Positions 1 to 10,106 are shown, numbered from the stretch's first letter. The stretch: DNA of 29,965 bases from an uncultured Anaerolineaceae bacterium (GCA_964655405.1 CAZZNC010000001.1:1-29965), one strand, 5' to 3'. Numbers and translations: made by a program. Notes: generated by a model from the letters alone, not told the origin.

Positions 1-624
1 GATTTGCGCAAGTGCATCGGTTGCCAATACTGTGTGTATGCTTGCCAGGCGGTCAACGACGTGCCCGACGATATGCGTTGGAACGTGTACCTGCCGGAAC
101 AAACCGAAACGGGCGAAAAATTCCACATGACACGCCCCTGTTTGCACTGCCAGGACGCGCCGTGTGTTTCGGTATGTCCGGTGGGGGCGACTTTTGTGCG
201 CGACGACGGCTTGGTGGTCATGGACTACGACCGCTGCATTGGCTGCCGGTATTGCCAAGTGGCCTGCCCGTATGGCGCACGGAGCTTCAACTGGGAAAAG
301 CGTACCGAGCATAGCCCTTACACGCCGGAATGGGGCGAGCACGAAGTCGAGATGCGCCCGCGCGGTGTGGCGGAAAAATGCACCTTCTGCATCCATCGCA
401 TTGATCGCGGACTGGCTCAAGGGCTTGTTCCCGGGGAAGACCGCGCGGCCACGCCTGCGTGTGTCAACATCTGCCCTGTGGAAGCGCGTATCTTCGGCGA
501 CCTGAACAACCCCGAAAGCAAAGTCGCCAAGGCTATCGCCGAACTTCCTACCTTCCGGCTGCGTGAAGACCTCGGGACCGAGCCGAGCGTGTACTATATT
601 CCACCGGAGGGGATGGCGATATGA
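1..624 (+). CDS. 4Fe-4S dicluster electron-transfer subunit (NrfC/TtrB/DsrO/QrcC family), 5'-truncated by the window
   Basis: Frame open from base 1 (DLRKCIGC...). Four ferredoxin-type Cys groups: CIGCQYCVYAC, CLHCQDAPCVSVCP, CIGCRYCQVACP, CTFC...PACVNICP. Family-typical tail FGDLNNPES...LGTEPSVYY. Stop overlaps the next start (ATGA at 621-624). Confidence 0.93.
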   Translation, partial: DLRKCIGCQYCVYACQAVNDVPDDMRWNVYLPEQTETGEKFHMTRPCLHCQDAPCVSVCPVGATFVRDDGLVVMDYDRCIGCRYCQVACPYGARSFNWEKRTEHSPYTPEWGEHEVEMRPRGVAEKCTFCIHRIDRGLAQGLVPGEDRAATPACVNICPVEARIFGDLNNPESKVAKAIAELPTFRLREDLGTEPSVYYIPPEGMAI

Positions 625-1853
625 TGGCAAAGGTACGGCGATTTGCACAAGAAAAGCCCGCCCTGACGGCATGGCTCGTTTTCTTGGTGGTGCTTCTGGT
701 CATCGGGGTGATCGCAGGCATTCAGGTGTTTTGGCGCGGCCTGATCACGACCAACTTGCACAACAGCGTCCCCTGGGGGCTGTGGATCACCATAGACCTT
801 TCGGCTATTGCGTTGGGCGCGGGGGCCTTTTCGCTCTCCACCATCGTCTACATCTTCCGTGTCAAGTCCTTTCAGCGCATCGCACGCATCGCTGTTTTTA
901 CCGGCTTTGTAGGCTACACGTCCGCGATGTTGGCGTTGCTGATGGACATCGGGCGGCCTGACCGTTTCTGGCATCCGGTGGTGTACTGGAATGTGCACTC
1001 GGTGCTGTGGGAAATCACGATGTGCGTGATTTTCTATTCCAGCGTGTTGATCTTCGAACTTTCGCCTTCCATTCTGGAAAGCGACTTGGTGGTCAAACAC
1101 ATGGGCCTCAAATGGGCGCCTAAGCTGGCACATCTCATGCACCGTTTTACGCCGGTGGTTTCTGTCATCGGCTTGGGGCTTTCGCTGTTGCACCAATCGT
1201 CGCTGGGCGCGACTTACGGCGTGCTGGTGGCTCATCCGATCTGGTTCAAGCCCACTTTGCCGGTGATGTTCATCCTTTCGGCAGTTGCGGCGGGAGCCAC
1301 GTTGACGCTGGGCGTGACGGTGCTTTATGAAAACATCCTGCGTCAGCGTCAGATCTCCACGCGCCTGCGCAACCAAGTTGCCATGTTCTCCGGCTTGATG
1401 ATGTTGGCGTATCTGTATCTGAAGCTGTGGGACTATCTGGCGACTTCGTACTACAGTCACCTGCCTTCGCGCATCACAGAGCAGAACTTGCTGGGATCGA
1501 TCACACCCTACGGTGTGACGTTCTGGTGGATCGAAGTCATCGTCGGCGCGCTTGTGCCTGCTACCATCTTGCTCACGCCGCGTTTGCGCCGTCAAGATGT
1601 GTGGGTGGTGTTGGCGGCGTTGCTTGCCATCATCGGCATCATCACCAACCGTTGGAACGTGACGCTTTCCGGCCTCATCGTGCCGATGGACTGGTCACCA
1701 GGGGCTGCCGATTTGTTTCCGGTGCAGAAGTACGTCCCCTCGCTGATCGAATGGGGCGTGGGGCTAGGCGTACTGGGATACGCCCTGATGATGTTTACGG
1801 TGGGGTTGGGGTTGCTGCCGATTTTCCCGAACAAGGAACACGCGGAGCATTAA
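621..1853 (+). CDS. nrfD: NrfD/PsrC-family quinone-interacting membrane subunit (HybB/DsrP/QrcD-like, about 10 TM)
   Basis: 410 aa, highly hydrophobic. Motifs PWGLWI, DIGRPDRFW, SVLWEITMCV..Y, LHQSSLG, RWNVTLSG. Translationally coupled to the 4Fe-4S gene. Confidence 0.9.
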   Translation: MMAKVRRFAQEKPALTAWLVFLVVLLVIGVIAGIQVFWRGLITTNLHNSVPWGLWITIDLSAIALGAGAFSLSTIVYIFRVKSFQRIARIAVFTGFVGYTSAMLALLMDIGRPDRFWHPVVYWNVHSVLWEITMCVIFYSSVLIFELSPSILESDLVVKHMGLKWAPKLAHLMHRFTPVVSVIGLGLSLLHQSSLGATYGVLVAHPIWFKPTLPVMFILSAVAAGATLTLGVTVLYENILRQRQISTRLRNQVAMFSGLMMLAYLYLKLWDYLATSYYSHLPSRITEQNLLGSITPYGVTFWWIEVIVGALVPATILLTPRLRRQDVWVVLAALLAIIGIITNRWNVTLSGLIVPMDWSPGAADLFPVQKYVPSLIEWGVGLGVLGYALMMFTVGLGLLPIFPNKEHAEH

Positions 1854-1881
1854 CGCCAACTTTCGCAGCGTAAGACCGAGC

Positions 1882-1916
1882 AGGGGCGCACTGTTCAACG
1901 TGCGCCCCTTTGTGTT
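1882..1916 (+). terminator. Intrinsic terminator after the NrfD-family gene (possibly bidirectional)
   Basis: Perfect 10-bp stem AGGGGCGCAC(1882-1891)/GTGCGCCCCT(1900-1909), 8-nt loop, then TTGTGTT; lies between convergent genes. Confidence 0.75.
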
Positions 1917-1920
1917 GCCT

Positions 1921-3396
1921 TTAGGGGGTATGCTGTCTCGGCAAGTTCGGCTGCGTGGTGCGCTTGGTGTCATGTGCAATCGCTTTGGAAACGAGCGGCA
2001 GGGCCACGGTAAAGGTCGTGCCGTGCTTTACTTCGCTGGTGACGGTGATCCGTCCGTTGTGGGCGTCTACGATCCACTTGGCAATGGCAAGCCCCAAACC
2101 TGTCCCGCCCGCTGCGCGCGAACGGGCTTTGTCCACGCGGTAGAAACGGTCGAAGATGTGGGCCAGGTGCTCGGGTGCAATGCCTATGCCTGTGTCGGCC
2201 ACGCGCACGTAAGCCCAGCCGTTTTCGCGCGCCAATGAAAGTGTCACCGTGCCGTCTGCGGGCGTATACTTGACGCCGTTGGTTACCAAATTCAGCAAAA
2301 GCTGCTTGAGCCGATCCGCGTCGCCGAGTACGTGCACTTGATCCAGTTGCCCCAGCGTCACCTGCACGCTGTCGCTGAGCATACGCGCTTGGTTGTACAC
2401 TTCCAACACCAACGTATCCAGCGAAACGATCTTTTTGTCGAGCGCCAGGCGTCCCGCGTCCGCCTTTGCCAGCAACAGCAGATCGTCCACCAAACGAGAC
2501 ATGCGCCGCGCTTCACCCTCGATAGCCTGCATGGCTTCTTCGTTGTAACCGTAGCGCCGCACCAAGTCCACATTGCCGCGAATGATGGTGAGCGGCGTGC
2601 GCATCTCGTGGGAAACGTCCGCCACAAAACGGCGCTGCGCGTTGAAGAGCCGTTCGAGCCGCTCCAGCGTTTTGTTGAAAACGCGCGTCAGTTGTCCAAG
2701 TTCGTCCGGTGGCCCGTTGTAAGGAATGCGACGGCTGAGGTCGTCGGCGGCGGTAATCTTGCGGGCGGTTTGGGCGATCACGTCAATCGGGTACAGCGCG
2801 CGGCGGGTCAGATAGTCGCCCAGCACAAGCGCCGCCAGCAACGTTCCTGCCCCGCCAATGACCATGATGCGCAGCAGGCGGTCAATGGCCGCGTCCACCG
2901 TGTTCAGCGAGCTGGCGACCTGGATATAGCCCCATACTTGTCCGTTGAGCGTCAGCGGGCGGGTGACAACGCGCAGATGATGCCCTTTGATCAAGCAATC
3001 GCGGCGTACTTCTGCTCTGACACCCAGCGCCAGCGGGTCGAGCGCCCCGCTGTAGCCCACGCCCAGCAGATTCCACGAAAAATCGTGCAAATACAGCCGT
3101 TCGATGGCCGGATCATAGAGCCAGATTTGTACGAACAAGCCCGGGGCGTCCAAACTGTTGACCTGGAGCACCGAAAATTCGCGGATCAACTCGCTGACCG
3201 GAGGATTGCCCCCGACGGTCGGTAGCGCACTGATCACGCCTTCCGCCTGGATGTCTTCCGCTGCTTTTTGCAAAGAAGCGTCCACCTGGCGGCGCAGCGT
3301 CCAGTTCAGCACGCTTAACGTGGCGACGCTGAAAACGAGCATGGCAATAGCCAACAAGCTGGCATAAAGCAGAGTGAGGCGTACTCGGATGGTCAT
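1921..3396 (-). CDS. Membrane HAMP-domain sensor histidine kinase (MprB/BaeS-like)
   Basis: Two TM segments flanking an extracytoplasmic domain; HAMP (RRIPYNGPPDELGQL); H-box VADVSHEMRTPL; N-box LLLNLVTNGVKY; G boxes DTGIGI and GGTGLGL. Confidence 0.95.
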   Translation of the reverse strand: MTIRVRLTLLYASLLAIAMLVFSVATLSVLNWTLRRQVDASLQKAAEDIQAEGVISALPTVGGNPPVSELIREFSVLQVNSLDAPGLFVQIWLYDPAIERLYLHDFSWNLLGVGYSGALDPLALGVRAEVRRDCLIKGHHLRVVTRPLTLNGQVWGYIQVASSLNTVDAAIDRLLRIMVIGGAGTLLAALVLGDYLTRRALYPIDVIAQTARKITAADDLSRRIPYNGPPDELGQLTRVFNKTLERLERLFNAQRRFVADVSHEMRTPLTIIRGNVDLVRRYGYNEEAMQAIEGEARRMSRLVDDLLLLAKADAGRLALDKKIVSLDTLVLEVYNQARMLSDSVQVTLGQLDQVHVLGDADRLKQLLLNLVTNGVKYTPADGTVTLSLARENGWAYVRVADTGIGIAPEHLAHIFDRFYRVDKARSRAAGGTGLGLAIAKWIVDAHNGRITVTSEVKHGTTFTVALPLVSKAIAHDTKRTTQPNLPRQHTP

Positions 3397-3468
3397 AGAG
3401 CGGGTGAACCGTTGATCTCACTGAGGCCCTGGCGCAACCGTCGGCGTCAGGGCGCGAACCATGTTTTC

Positions 3469-3478
3469 ATCCTAACAC
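3469..3478 (-). promoter_or_regulatory. Putative extended -10 promoter element (TGTTAGGAT) upstream of the HAMP kinase
   Basis: Minus strand GTGTTAGGAT fits TGnTAnnnT, about 70 nt upstream of the ATG at 3396, inside the 130-bp gap between regulator and kinase. Confidence 0.4.
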
Positions 3479-3526
3479 CGGAACATTAGTAGCATGTGAG
3501 AAGCTGCGGCCTTGGGCTTGTTGGGA

Positions 3527-4210
3527 CTAATTGTCCGGTTCGCGCAGCACATAGCCTACGCCACGCACCGTGTGGAGCAGGCGGGGTTCGCCACCCTCTT
3601 CGGTCTTCTGACGCAAATAGCGCACGTAAACCTCGATGATGTTGCTTTCCCCGCCGAAGTCGTAGCCCCAGACGCGGTCGAAAATGGTTTCGCGCGTCAA
3701 CACATGGCGCGGGTTGCGCATGAAAAGTTCCAGCAGCTCATATTCTTTGGCGGTCAGGTCAATGTAACGCTCACCGCGACGGGCGCGATGTGTGCCCGTG
3801 TCCAATTCCAAATCGGCAAAACGCAGCACCTCCGGTTCGGAGTGTGGCTGTGCGCGGCGGAACAATGCCCGAATGCGTGCCAAGAGTTCTTCGAAGTCAA
3901 ACGGCTTGACCAAATAGTCGTCCGCGCCGCTATCCAGCCCTTGCACGCGGTCTTGCACCTCGTCTTTGGCCGTCAACATCAGGATGGGCACGTCACCGGC
4001 AGCGCGCAGACGGCGGCATACTTCCAGTCCGTCAATTCCCGGCAGCATCCAATCCAAGATCACCAGGTCCGGCGGTTGTTCGCGTGCCATGTGTAGCCCG
4101 CTGTGTCCGTCCTTAGCCACGTCTACGCGGTAACCTTCGTAGATCAAGCCGCGTTTGAGCAATTGGGCAATGCGTTCTTCGTCTTCGATGACCAAAATCC
4201 GCTTGGACAT
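3527..4210 (-). CDS. OmpR/PhoB-family response regulator (MprA-like)
   Basis: Start reassigned to ATG at 4210 ([11 protein letters not shown]), 227 aa. Receiver [10 protein letters not shown]...LTAKD...DDYLVKPF; winged helix [17 protein letters not shown]...HTVRGVGY. Confidence 0.96.
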   Translation of the reverse strand: MSKRILVIEDEERIAQLLKRGLIYEGYRVDVAKDGHSGLHMAREQPPDLVILDWMLPGIDGLEVCRRLRAAGDVPILMLTAKDEVQDRVQGLDSGADDYLVKPFDFEELLARIRALFRRAQPHSEPEVLRFADLELDTGTHRARRGERYIDLTAKEYELLELFMRNPRHVLTRETIFDRVWGYDFGGESNIIEVYVRYLRQKTEEGGEPRLLHTVRGVGYVLREPDN

Positions 4211-4244
4211 ACGCGGTTCGTCCCTTCTTGTTTGCGATGTATTC

Positions 4245-6005
4245 TTAATGTCCCCAGCGCAGCATGTGTACATTCTCCTGTGCAAAACCACCCGCAATCT
4301 GCACGGTTTGCTCGGCGGTAATTACGGTCAGCGTGCCGGAAACGCTGCCGCCTTCCGGTGGTTGTGCGGGGTGGCGCAACACGGCGAGCGCCGGCAGGCC
4401 ATCGGCGGCGGGCGGCGAAAGTCGCGCCGTCTTTGCGCCCCGATTGGCGTCCACAAAGCCGCCCAGCGGCAACGTTTTCTCCGGCGTGGCGAGTGTGGGC
4501 GTGTGCAATACCTGTGCATAAGCCGGGCCGGTGAAGACCATTGCTCCGGCGAGCATATAAAGGCCCGTTTGCGGCGTATAGTGCACGTCGTAGACGGCGT
4601 AGCTGTTGAGCAATGGGGTGAGCCGCTCGCTTTCCGGCGCGTTGAGCGTTACCAGATAGAACGCTGGCTCGTCAAAATATACATTCCAGCTCCATGACCA
4701 GGCCAGCAAGTGTGTTTCGTCCGCCCAACGCACCGCCATTGCCGGTAGTTCCAGTGTGCGTGGCGTACCGCTGCGCATATCGTAAACGAGCCATTGGACG
4801 CTTTCCCACAAACCGACGGTGACTAGTAACTGTGAGCCGTCCGGACTCCAACAGGGCGTATGGTAGCGGCGCACCGCGCTCGGCGCGGGATTTTCCCCCG
4901 TGCCCTGGTTGGCGAAAAGCAGCGTCGGGGGGGCGCTGCCGTCGAGCAGCGCCAGCCACAAGCCCATGCTGTCCGCGTAGGCCACATACTTGCCGTTCGG
5001 TTGCCAGGCAGGGCCGACCATTTCGTCATGGATGGGATCGCGCAACGTGACGGGCAACGCGCGATCCGTGCCGCTGGCAATGTCCAGGATGTGGACGGAT
5101 GCGCTGCCATCCGGCGCATCGGCGATATAGGCGATCTGTGCTCCGTCTGCGCTGAGCGTATAGCTCCAGATTTGCCGTTGCGGGTCGCGGACGAGCGCGT
5201 AGGCAGCCCCGCCGTCACGCGGAAGACGCCACAGTGCCCCGTCCGCCAAAAAGAACAGGTCGGCGGGCAACGGCAGTCCCTGCACACTCGGTGGTGGCGG
5301 CGGCCCCCAATCAAAAGCCCGCGCGCCCGCCGTGTTGGGAATCAGTGCTCCGTCATAAACGACACCCTGCGCACTTAAGTAGGCTGGGAAGGCCGGTTGA
5401 GGCCGTGCGGGCGCGTTGGGCGCGGTGGATAGCGTCACCTGCGCGCCCTGGTGCGTGATGCGTGTGACGTGGCCCGCTTCGTCGCTGGCAAGCAGCGTGA
5501 CATCGTCTGCCCAATACAGCTCCCCCCAGGCCCCGCGTACCGTCGTTTCGGCGCTTTCCGGCGCCACCAGCGAGCGGATGCGCACGCCTTCGCCCGCCAC
5601 GATGTAGGCAACGGCATCCCCTTTGGGCGACCAAGCTATCGTCTGGCGAGGGCTGCCGGTGGGCGGCGTTTCCCTGTCCGATGTGAGCATTTGTCCGCGC
5701 CCGTCGTTCGGGTTGGTGACGATCACGCGCCCTTCGTCAAGCGTGCGATAAACCAGCCATTCCCCATCCGGCGCGATGTCGAAATCCGCAATGGGTTGGT
5801 TGGGGTCAGAAATGGGGAGCACTCGGCCCTGGTTCGGTTCGATTTCCACCAATTGATGGTCGCTGGTGAGGATATACAGCGGCGCGGGAAGTGGAAAAGG
5901 CGGGGAAAGTTGGACGGGTGCGGCGGCAGAAACTTTCACAGCTCCCCACAAACTCAACACCAGCGTAACGCGCAGCAACAACGCAAGTCGATAATGGCGC
6001 ATCAT
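4245..6005 (-). CDS. Secreted TolB/PD40-like beta-propeller protein (probably two propellers)
   Basis: Start reassigned to ATG 6005/6002 (GGAG 5 nt upstream), 586 aa. Signal-peptide-like [27 protein letters not shown]; repeats [54 protein letters not shown]. Confidence 0.75.
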   Translation of the reverse strand: MMRHYRLALLLRVTLVLSLWGAVKVSAAAPVQLSPPFPLPAPLYILTSDHQLVEIEPNQGRVLPISDPNQPIADFDIAPDGEWLVYRTLDEGRVIVTNPNDGRGQMLTSDRETPPTGSPRQTIAWSPKGDAVAYIVAGEGVRIRSLVAPESAETTVRGAWGELYWADDVTLLASDEAGHVTRITHQGAQVTLSTAPNAPARPQPAFPAYLSAQGVVYDGALIPNTAGARAFDWGPPPPPSVQGLPLPADLFFLADGALWRLPRDGGAAYALVRDPQRQIWSYTLSADGAQIAYIADAPDGSASVHILDIASGTDRALPVTLRDPIHDEMVGPAWQPNGKYVAYADSMGLWLALLDGSAPPTLLFANQGTGENPAPSAVRRYHTPCWSPDGSQLLVTVGLWESVQWLVYDMRSGTPRTLELPAMAVRWADETHLLAWSWSWNVYFDEPAFYLVTLNAPESERLTPLLNSYAVYDVHYTPQTGLYMLAGAMVFTGPAYAQVLHTPTLATPEKTLPLGGFVDANRGAKTARLSPPAADGLPALAVLRHPAQPPEGGSVSGTLTVITAEQTVQIAGGFAQENVHMLRWGH

Positions 6006-6045
6006 GCAATCTCCGGTAACGCACTTGGGATACAACGGTCGCTCG

Positions 6046-6055
6046 CAGTATAGCA
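6046..6055 (-). promoter_or_regulatory. Putative extended -10 promoter (TGCTATACT) for the beta-propeller/regulator operon
   Basis: Minus strand TGCTATACTG, about 40 nt upstream of the start; identical 10-mer to the element at 27022-27031. Confidence 0.5.
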
Positions 6056-6125
6056 AGTTTTGTCCCTGCGTGCCGATGTGAGGGAAGCGCGAAGGCAACG
6101 AAAATGTGCATTTTGGACGGCACAT

Positions 6126-6134
6126 TGCTAGACT
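6126..6134 (+). promoter_or_regulatory. Putative extended -10 promoter (TGCTAGACT) for the esterase operon
   Basis: TGnTAnnnT match 36 nt upstream of the ATG at 6171, in a divergent intergenic region. Confidence 0.4.
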
Positions 6135-6170
6135 TGCGCTAAAGAATGGCTACCGACGGGAGCACAAAGC

Positions 6171-6980
6171 ATGGCAAAGCGAATTCCCAAGACCTCTTTA
6201 CCCAAACTCCGACATGGAGCAGAGCCTTTTTTGTTGGAAGGGGGAGACGTTGGTGCGGTGTGTGTGCACGGCTTCACCGCCTCGCCGGAAGAAATGCGCT
6301 GGATGGGCGAATACCTCAACGAACGGGGACTTACCGTTTACGGGCCGCGCATGGCTGGTCATGGCACCAGTCCGGATATGATGCGCCGCCAACATTGGAT
6401 GACGTGGTACGAAGACGTGTTGGACGGCATCGCGTTGGTGCGTGCACGTTGCCGCAAAGTGTACATGGTTGGGCTTTCAATGGGCGGTTTGCTGAGCTTG
6501 CGCGTTGCGGCTGAAGGTTTGGTTGATGGGGCTGCAATCCTTGCAGCACCGCTTTATGTCAAAGAGCCGTTGCTCCCCTTTGCACGCTGGGTCAAATATT
6601 TCAAGCGCTACATCTTTATCGAAATGGCCGACTTGGACGAGCGCGTGCGTGAAACTCAGCGCCAAAAGGGACGTGAGGATTACGGGCGCGTGGCCTACGA
6701 TGATGTGCGTCCCTCTGCTGCCGCCGCGCAGCTTTACGCGCTGATGCAAGATGTCAAACAGCATTTGGCAGAAGTCCGCGTGCCGTTGTTGCTGGTGTAC
6801 TCCAAAGCTGATGCCACCGTGCCGCTGGGCAACATGCGTCAGGTGGCCGAAGGCGTGAGCAGTACGGACGTGACCCAAATTGTGCTGGAACGCAGCGACC
6901 ATGTGTTGACACAGGACGTTGAGCACGAATTGGTCTATCAGCACGTGTGGAACTTCATTTCTGCACACATGGAGGCATAA
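6171..6980 (+). CDS. Alpha/beta hydrolase, carboxylesterase / monoacylglycerol lipase (YvaK/Est30-like)
   Basis: Oxyanion HGFTASP, nucleophile elbow GLSMGG, acid SKADATV, His SDHVLT; GGGAG RBS. Confidence 0.9.
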   Translation: MAKRIPKTSLPKLRHGAEPFLLEGGDVGAVCVHGFTASPEEMRWMGEYLNERGLTVYGPRMAGHGTSPDMMRRQHWMTWYEDVLDGIALVRARCRKVYMVGLSMGGLLSLRVAAEGLVDGAAILAAPLYVKEPLLPFARWVKYFKRYIFIEMADLDERVRETQRQKGREDYGRVAYDDVRPSAAAAQLYALMQDVKQHLAEVRVPLLLVYSKADATVPLGNMRQVAEGVSSTDVTQIVLERSDHVLTQDVEHELVYQHVWNFISAHMEA

Positions 6981-6988
6981 GCGCCGCG

Positions 6989-8206
6989 ATGCGACAGTTG
7001 TGGCGAGATCTGGGCCGCGATACGCGCCTGATGATGCTTTCGTACCTGTTGTGGGGCATCGCCGAAGGGCTGTGGATGGTTTTGCTGCCCCTCTATCTGA
7101 AGTTCCTGGGTGCTACGCCTGGTCAAGGGGGATTCGTGATCGGGTTGTGGGGAGCGGGGCGCTTGTTTGTCATCCTGCCGGCGGGGTGGCTGGGTGACCG
7201 CATCGGGGCGCGGCGTGTGATGCTCCCCGGCTGGTACGCGGGGTTAATCGGCGTAGTCGGGTTGGCGTTGGCGCCGGATTGGCGTTGGACGATCCCCGCT
7301 ATGCTGATGTATGGCGTTTCGGCTTCTGTGATCCCCGTCACCAATTTGTACATGGTGCAAGCGGGGCAACATGATCCCACGCGCCTCCCGACGTTGCCGG
7401 TCAGCACCTCGCTCACGTTGCTATGGGCATCTTACACGGCGGGAGTTGTGCTCACGCCGAGCCTGGGCGGCTGGCTGGGGGATCATCTTGGCTTGCGCGC
7501 CGTTTACGGGATCAGCACGTTTTGGCTGCTGCTGAGCACGTTGGCCGTGATGAGCGCCCATCACTATCCGGTTTCCGAGTTGCCCGCACACGGTTACGCC
7601 CCGCAACGCATCTTGCGGCAACCCGGGGTGTTGGTGGCGCTGGGGCTGCTGACACTGGGCTTCACCGCGCTTTTGATCGGTCAGCCGCTGGCTTCCCAAT
7701 ACCTGGAAGAAGTACGCGGATTTTCTCGTACCACCATTGGCATCTTCGGCTCGTTGACCGCACTGGGCACGACGATTTTTAGTGTGCTTTTGGGGCGCTT
7801 GCGTCCTTGGGTGGGGTTGTATATCAGCTTGTCGGTAGCCGGAATATCCTTTTTGTTCTTTATCGCCAGCGGCGCATTGCCGTTCGTGGCGCTGACGGTT
7901 TTCTTGCTTGGCGCGCACTACGCTGCGCGTCCGTTGGCTTCTGCCATCATCTCGCCATTGGTGGAAGAGCATCAACGCGGGATGGCCTTTGCGCTCGTCG
8001 AAATGCTTGTCGGGCTGGCCGCCACCGGTGGCCCGACCGCCGCCGGTTTCCTTTACGCGCGTGATCCACACAATCCTTTTGTGGTGGGGGCGTTGGGTGT
8101 GGCGTTGACATTGATGCTGGGAGTGCCCGTGTTGCGTGGAGAACACCGTGCCAACCGTAACGCAGCGTTCTCCGGTGCGTATAGAGAAGCAGAGCGCGCC
8201 AGTTGA
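6989..8206 (+). CDS. Major facilitator superfamily transporter (12 TM)
   Basis: Start reassigned to ATG 6989 (MRQLWRDLGRD), 405 aa. MFS motif A GWLGDRIGARR, echoed in GWLGDHLGLR; about 12 hydrophobic segments. Confidence 0.9.
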   Translation: MRQLWRDLGRDTRLMMLSYLLWGIAEGLWMVLLPLYLKFLGATPGQGGFVIGLWGAGRLFVILPAGWLGDRIGARRVMLPGWYAGLIGVVGLALAPDWRWTIPAMLMYGVSASVIPVTNLYMVQAGQHDPTRLPTLPVSTSLTLLWASYTAGVVLTPSLGGWLGDHLGLRAVYGISTFWLLLSTLAVMSAHHYPVSELPAHGYAPQRILRQPGVLVALGLLTLGFTALLIGQPLASQYLEEVRGFSRTTIGIFGSLTALGTTIFSVLLGRLRPWVGLYISLSVAGISFLFFIASGALPFVALTVFLLGAHYAARPLASAIISPLVEEHQRGMAFALVEMLVGLAATGGPTAAGFLYARDPHNPFVVGALGVALTLMLGVPVLRGEHRANRNAAFSGAYREAERAS

Positions 8207-8231
8207 ACACGCGCCCTTTGAGGAGGAAACC

Positions 8232-8618
8232 ATGACCCAACCTAAGCCCAAACGTAAACGCTCCGACCCGCCGTCCAATCCTGACTTGGTGACGCAGCTT
8301 TTGCGCCAATTGGTGTTGGTGTGGCGGCTGCTGTGGGATCGACGGGTGAGCTGGAAAAGCAAACTCATTCCACTGGGGATTTTGGTCTATGTCATTTCCC
8401 CGCTAGACTTTCTGCCGGATGTGCTTTTCCCTATCGGCATGGCGGATGATTTGGGCGTGCTTGTCTTTGGGTTGCAGTTTTTCATTCAGAGCGCCCCGCC
8501 GGATGTGGTGGAAGAGCTGCGCATCGGCGGGAAAAAGTCCGCCCCGCACATTATCGAAGGTGAATACTCTATCCAAGAAGCGCCCCGTCCCCCAGAACAC
8601 CCCACCGACCGCCGCTAG
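8232..8618 (+). CDS. YkvA / DUF1232-family small membrane protein
   Basis: AGGAGG RBS then ATG 8232, 128 aa. Signature LVYVISPLDFLPD..PIGMADDL. Confidence 0.85.
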   Translation: MTQPKPKRKRSDPPSNPDLVTQLLRQLVLVWRLLWDRRVSWKSKLIPLGILVYVISPLDFLPDVLFPIGMADDLGVLVFGLQFFIQSAPPDVVEELRIGGKKSAPHIIEGEYSIQEAPRPPEHPTDRR

Positions 8619-8642
8619 AGCGCTGAAAAAGGGAGTGACTGT

Positions 8643-9146
8643 ATGTTGATCGGTGTCCTTTCCGACACGCACAACGACGCGCACAACACGCAGATCGCGC
8701 TGCGGACTTTCCGTGAACGGGGCGTGACGCGCCTCATCCATTGCGGCGACATCACCACGCCGGAGACCGTCTACCTTTTTGGCGGATGGAACATCGTTTT
8801 TGTGTGGGGAAACGGCGACCACAACAAAGACGCGCTGATTGCCGCTGCGCGGGCCATCGGCGCGCCGGTGCCGCAATTCGTGCACACGCTGGAAGTGGAC
8901 GGGGTCAAGATCGCCGCGACGCATGGACATAAGCACAACGTGCTGGCGAACTTAATCGCCGAGGGCAAGTATGCTTACGTGTGTCATGGGCACACGCATT
9001 TACGCAAAGACGAGCTGCGCCCACCTTTCGGCGTACACGTGATCAACCCGGGGGCGTTGGGCGGTGTCAAACTGCAAGCCCGCTCGGTTTGCGTTTTGGA
9101 TACCGACACCGATCAGGTGGACTTTGTCGAGTTCGCAAACCTGTGA
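8643..9146 (+). CDS. Metallophosphoesterase (YfcE/MJ0936 phosphodiesterase family)
   Basis: Metal-ligand motifs SDTHN, HCGDI, GNGD, THGH, HGHTH, INPG; GGGAG RBS. Confidence 0.92.
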   Translation: MLIGVLSDTHNDAHNTQIALRTFRERGVTRLIHCGDITTPETVYLFGGWNIVFVWGNGDHNKDALIAAARAIGAPVPQFVHTLEVDGVKIAATHGHKHNVLANLIAEGKYAYVCHGHTHLRKDELRPPFGVHVINPGALGGVKLQARSVCVLDTDTDQVDFVEFANL

Positions 9147-9174
9147 ACGGGCGGCGCGCCTAACCGCGCTTCGT

Positions 9175-9990
9175 TTATTGGCTGGCGGCGCGCTGATGGT
9201 AGCTTTGCACCTCTTCCAGCGCTGCCAGTGTATCTTGCAACGATGTAACCTCATCGTGGATTTCGCTTTGCAAACGGCGCGTGCGCGCGCTATCCACGTC
9301 TTTGGCGTCCAAAAGCTGCACCTGAGTATAGACCGTTCCCAGCGCCGAAAGCGTGTGGTCGAGTTGAATGTCCGCGCGCTTGAGGTTGTTTTCCAGCGCT
9401 TGCAAATTGGCAAGTTGTGCCTCGATGGTGCGGATGGTTTCTTCGAGTTCGGCGCGCACGGCGTCGTCGGCCTCACTGCGCAGCCGACGTTGCAGGCGTT
9501 GTAACTCGTAAGGCACCATACGCCGATCACGGACGAGCACGCGGTTGGCTTCGGCTTCGTCCAAGCGGCGCGCCAAGTGGTAGATATGCGCGATCCAGTC
9601 GTTGACCTCGTCCGCCGTCGTTTCAATGCTACGACGCATTGCGCCTCTGTGTCGGCGCGCAGCCTCGCGGATCAGTCGCTGATATTCCAGCGCGCGCTTG
9701 AGCCTTTCGCGGGCGGTGGGGTTGTGGATGTCGTCCGGGTCGAAGCGTTCGCTGAGCATCGTGCTCACGGCACGCTGTGCCGCTTGCGGATCGGTGATCG
9801 TAGCGCCGAGGTAGAGCGCTTCGGCCACCGCCCCCAACACGAGCCAATAGCCACTTTGCCACCAGGCTGCCGGTTGGTATCCCAGGCCGAAGAAAAGCAA
9901 CGTCAACGCGATGATCAACGCGCTTTCCACGCTGAAGAAGGCGTTTTTGAGGATGGCGCGCCAGGCTTGCTGCCGCATATCGTCGTGCAT
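9175..9990 (-). CDS. Membrane-anchored (2 TM) coiled-coil protein downstream of pspA; PspM-like partner (inferred)
   Basis: Start reassigned to ATG 9990 (AGGA upstream), 271 aa. Two N-terminal hydrophobic segments then about 200 aa of heptad-rich helix (LEETIRTIEAQLANLQALENNLKRADIQL). Confidence 0.7.
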   Translation of the reverse strand: MHDDMRQQAWRAILKNAFFSVESALIIALTLLFFGLGYQPAAWWQSGYWLVLGAVAEALYLGATITDPQAAQRAVSTMLSERFDPDDIHNPTARERLKRALEYQRLIREAARRHRGAMRRSIETTADEVNDWIAHIYHLARRLDEAEANRVLVRDRRMVPYELQRLQRRLRSEADDAVRAELEETIRTIEAQLANLQALENNLKRADIQLDHTLSALGTVYTQVQLLDAKDVDSARTRRLQSEIHDEVTSLQDTLAALEEVQSYHQRAASQ

Positions 9991-10106
9991 CGCCCGTCCT
10001 GTTCCTGCGTCGTGCTCCAAAAATTGAGCGCAGAGATGCGCTGCTGCATCCAGAGCCACGCGCCCTGTACCATGCAGCAACGCCTTTCGCGCTCTTGCCG
10101 TTCGCG

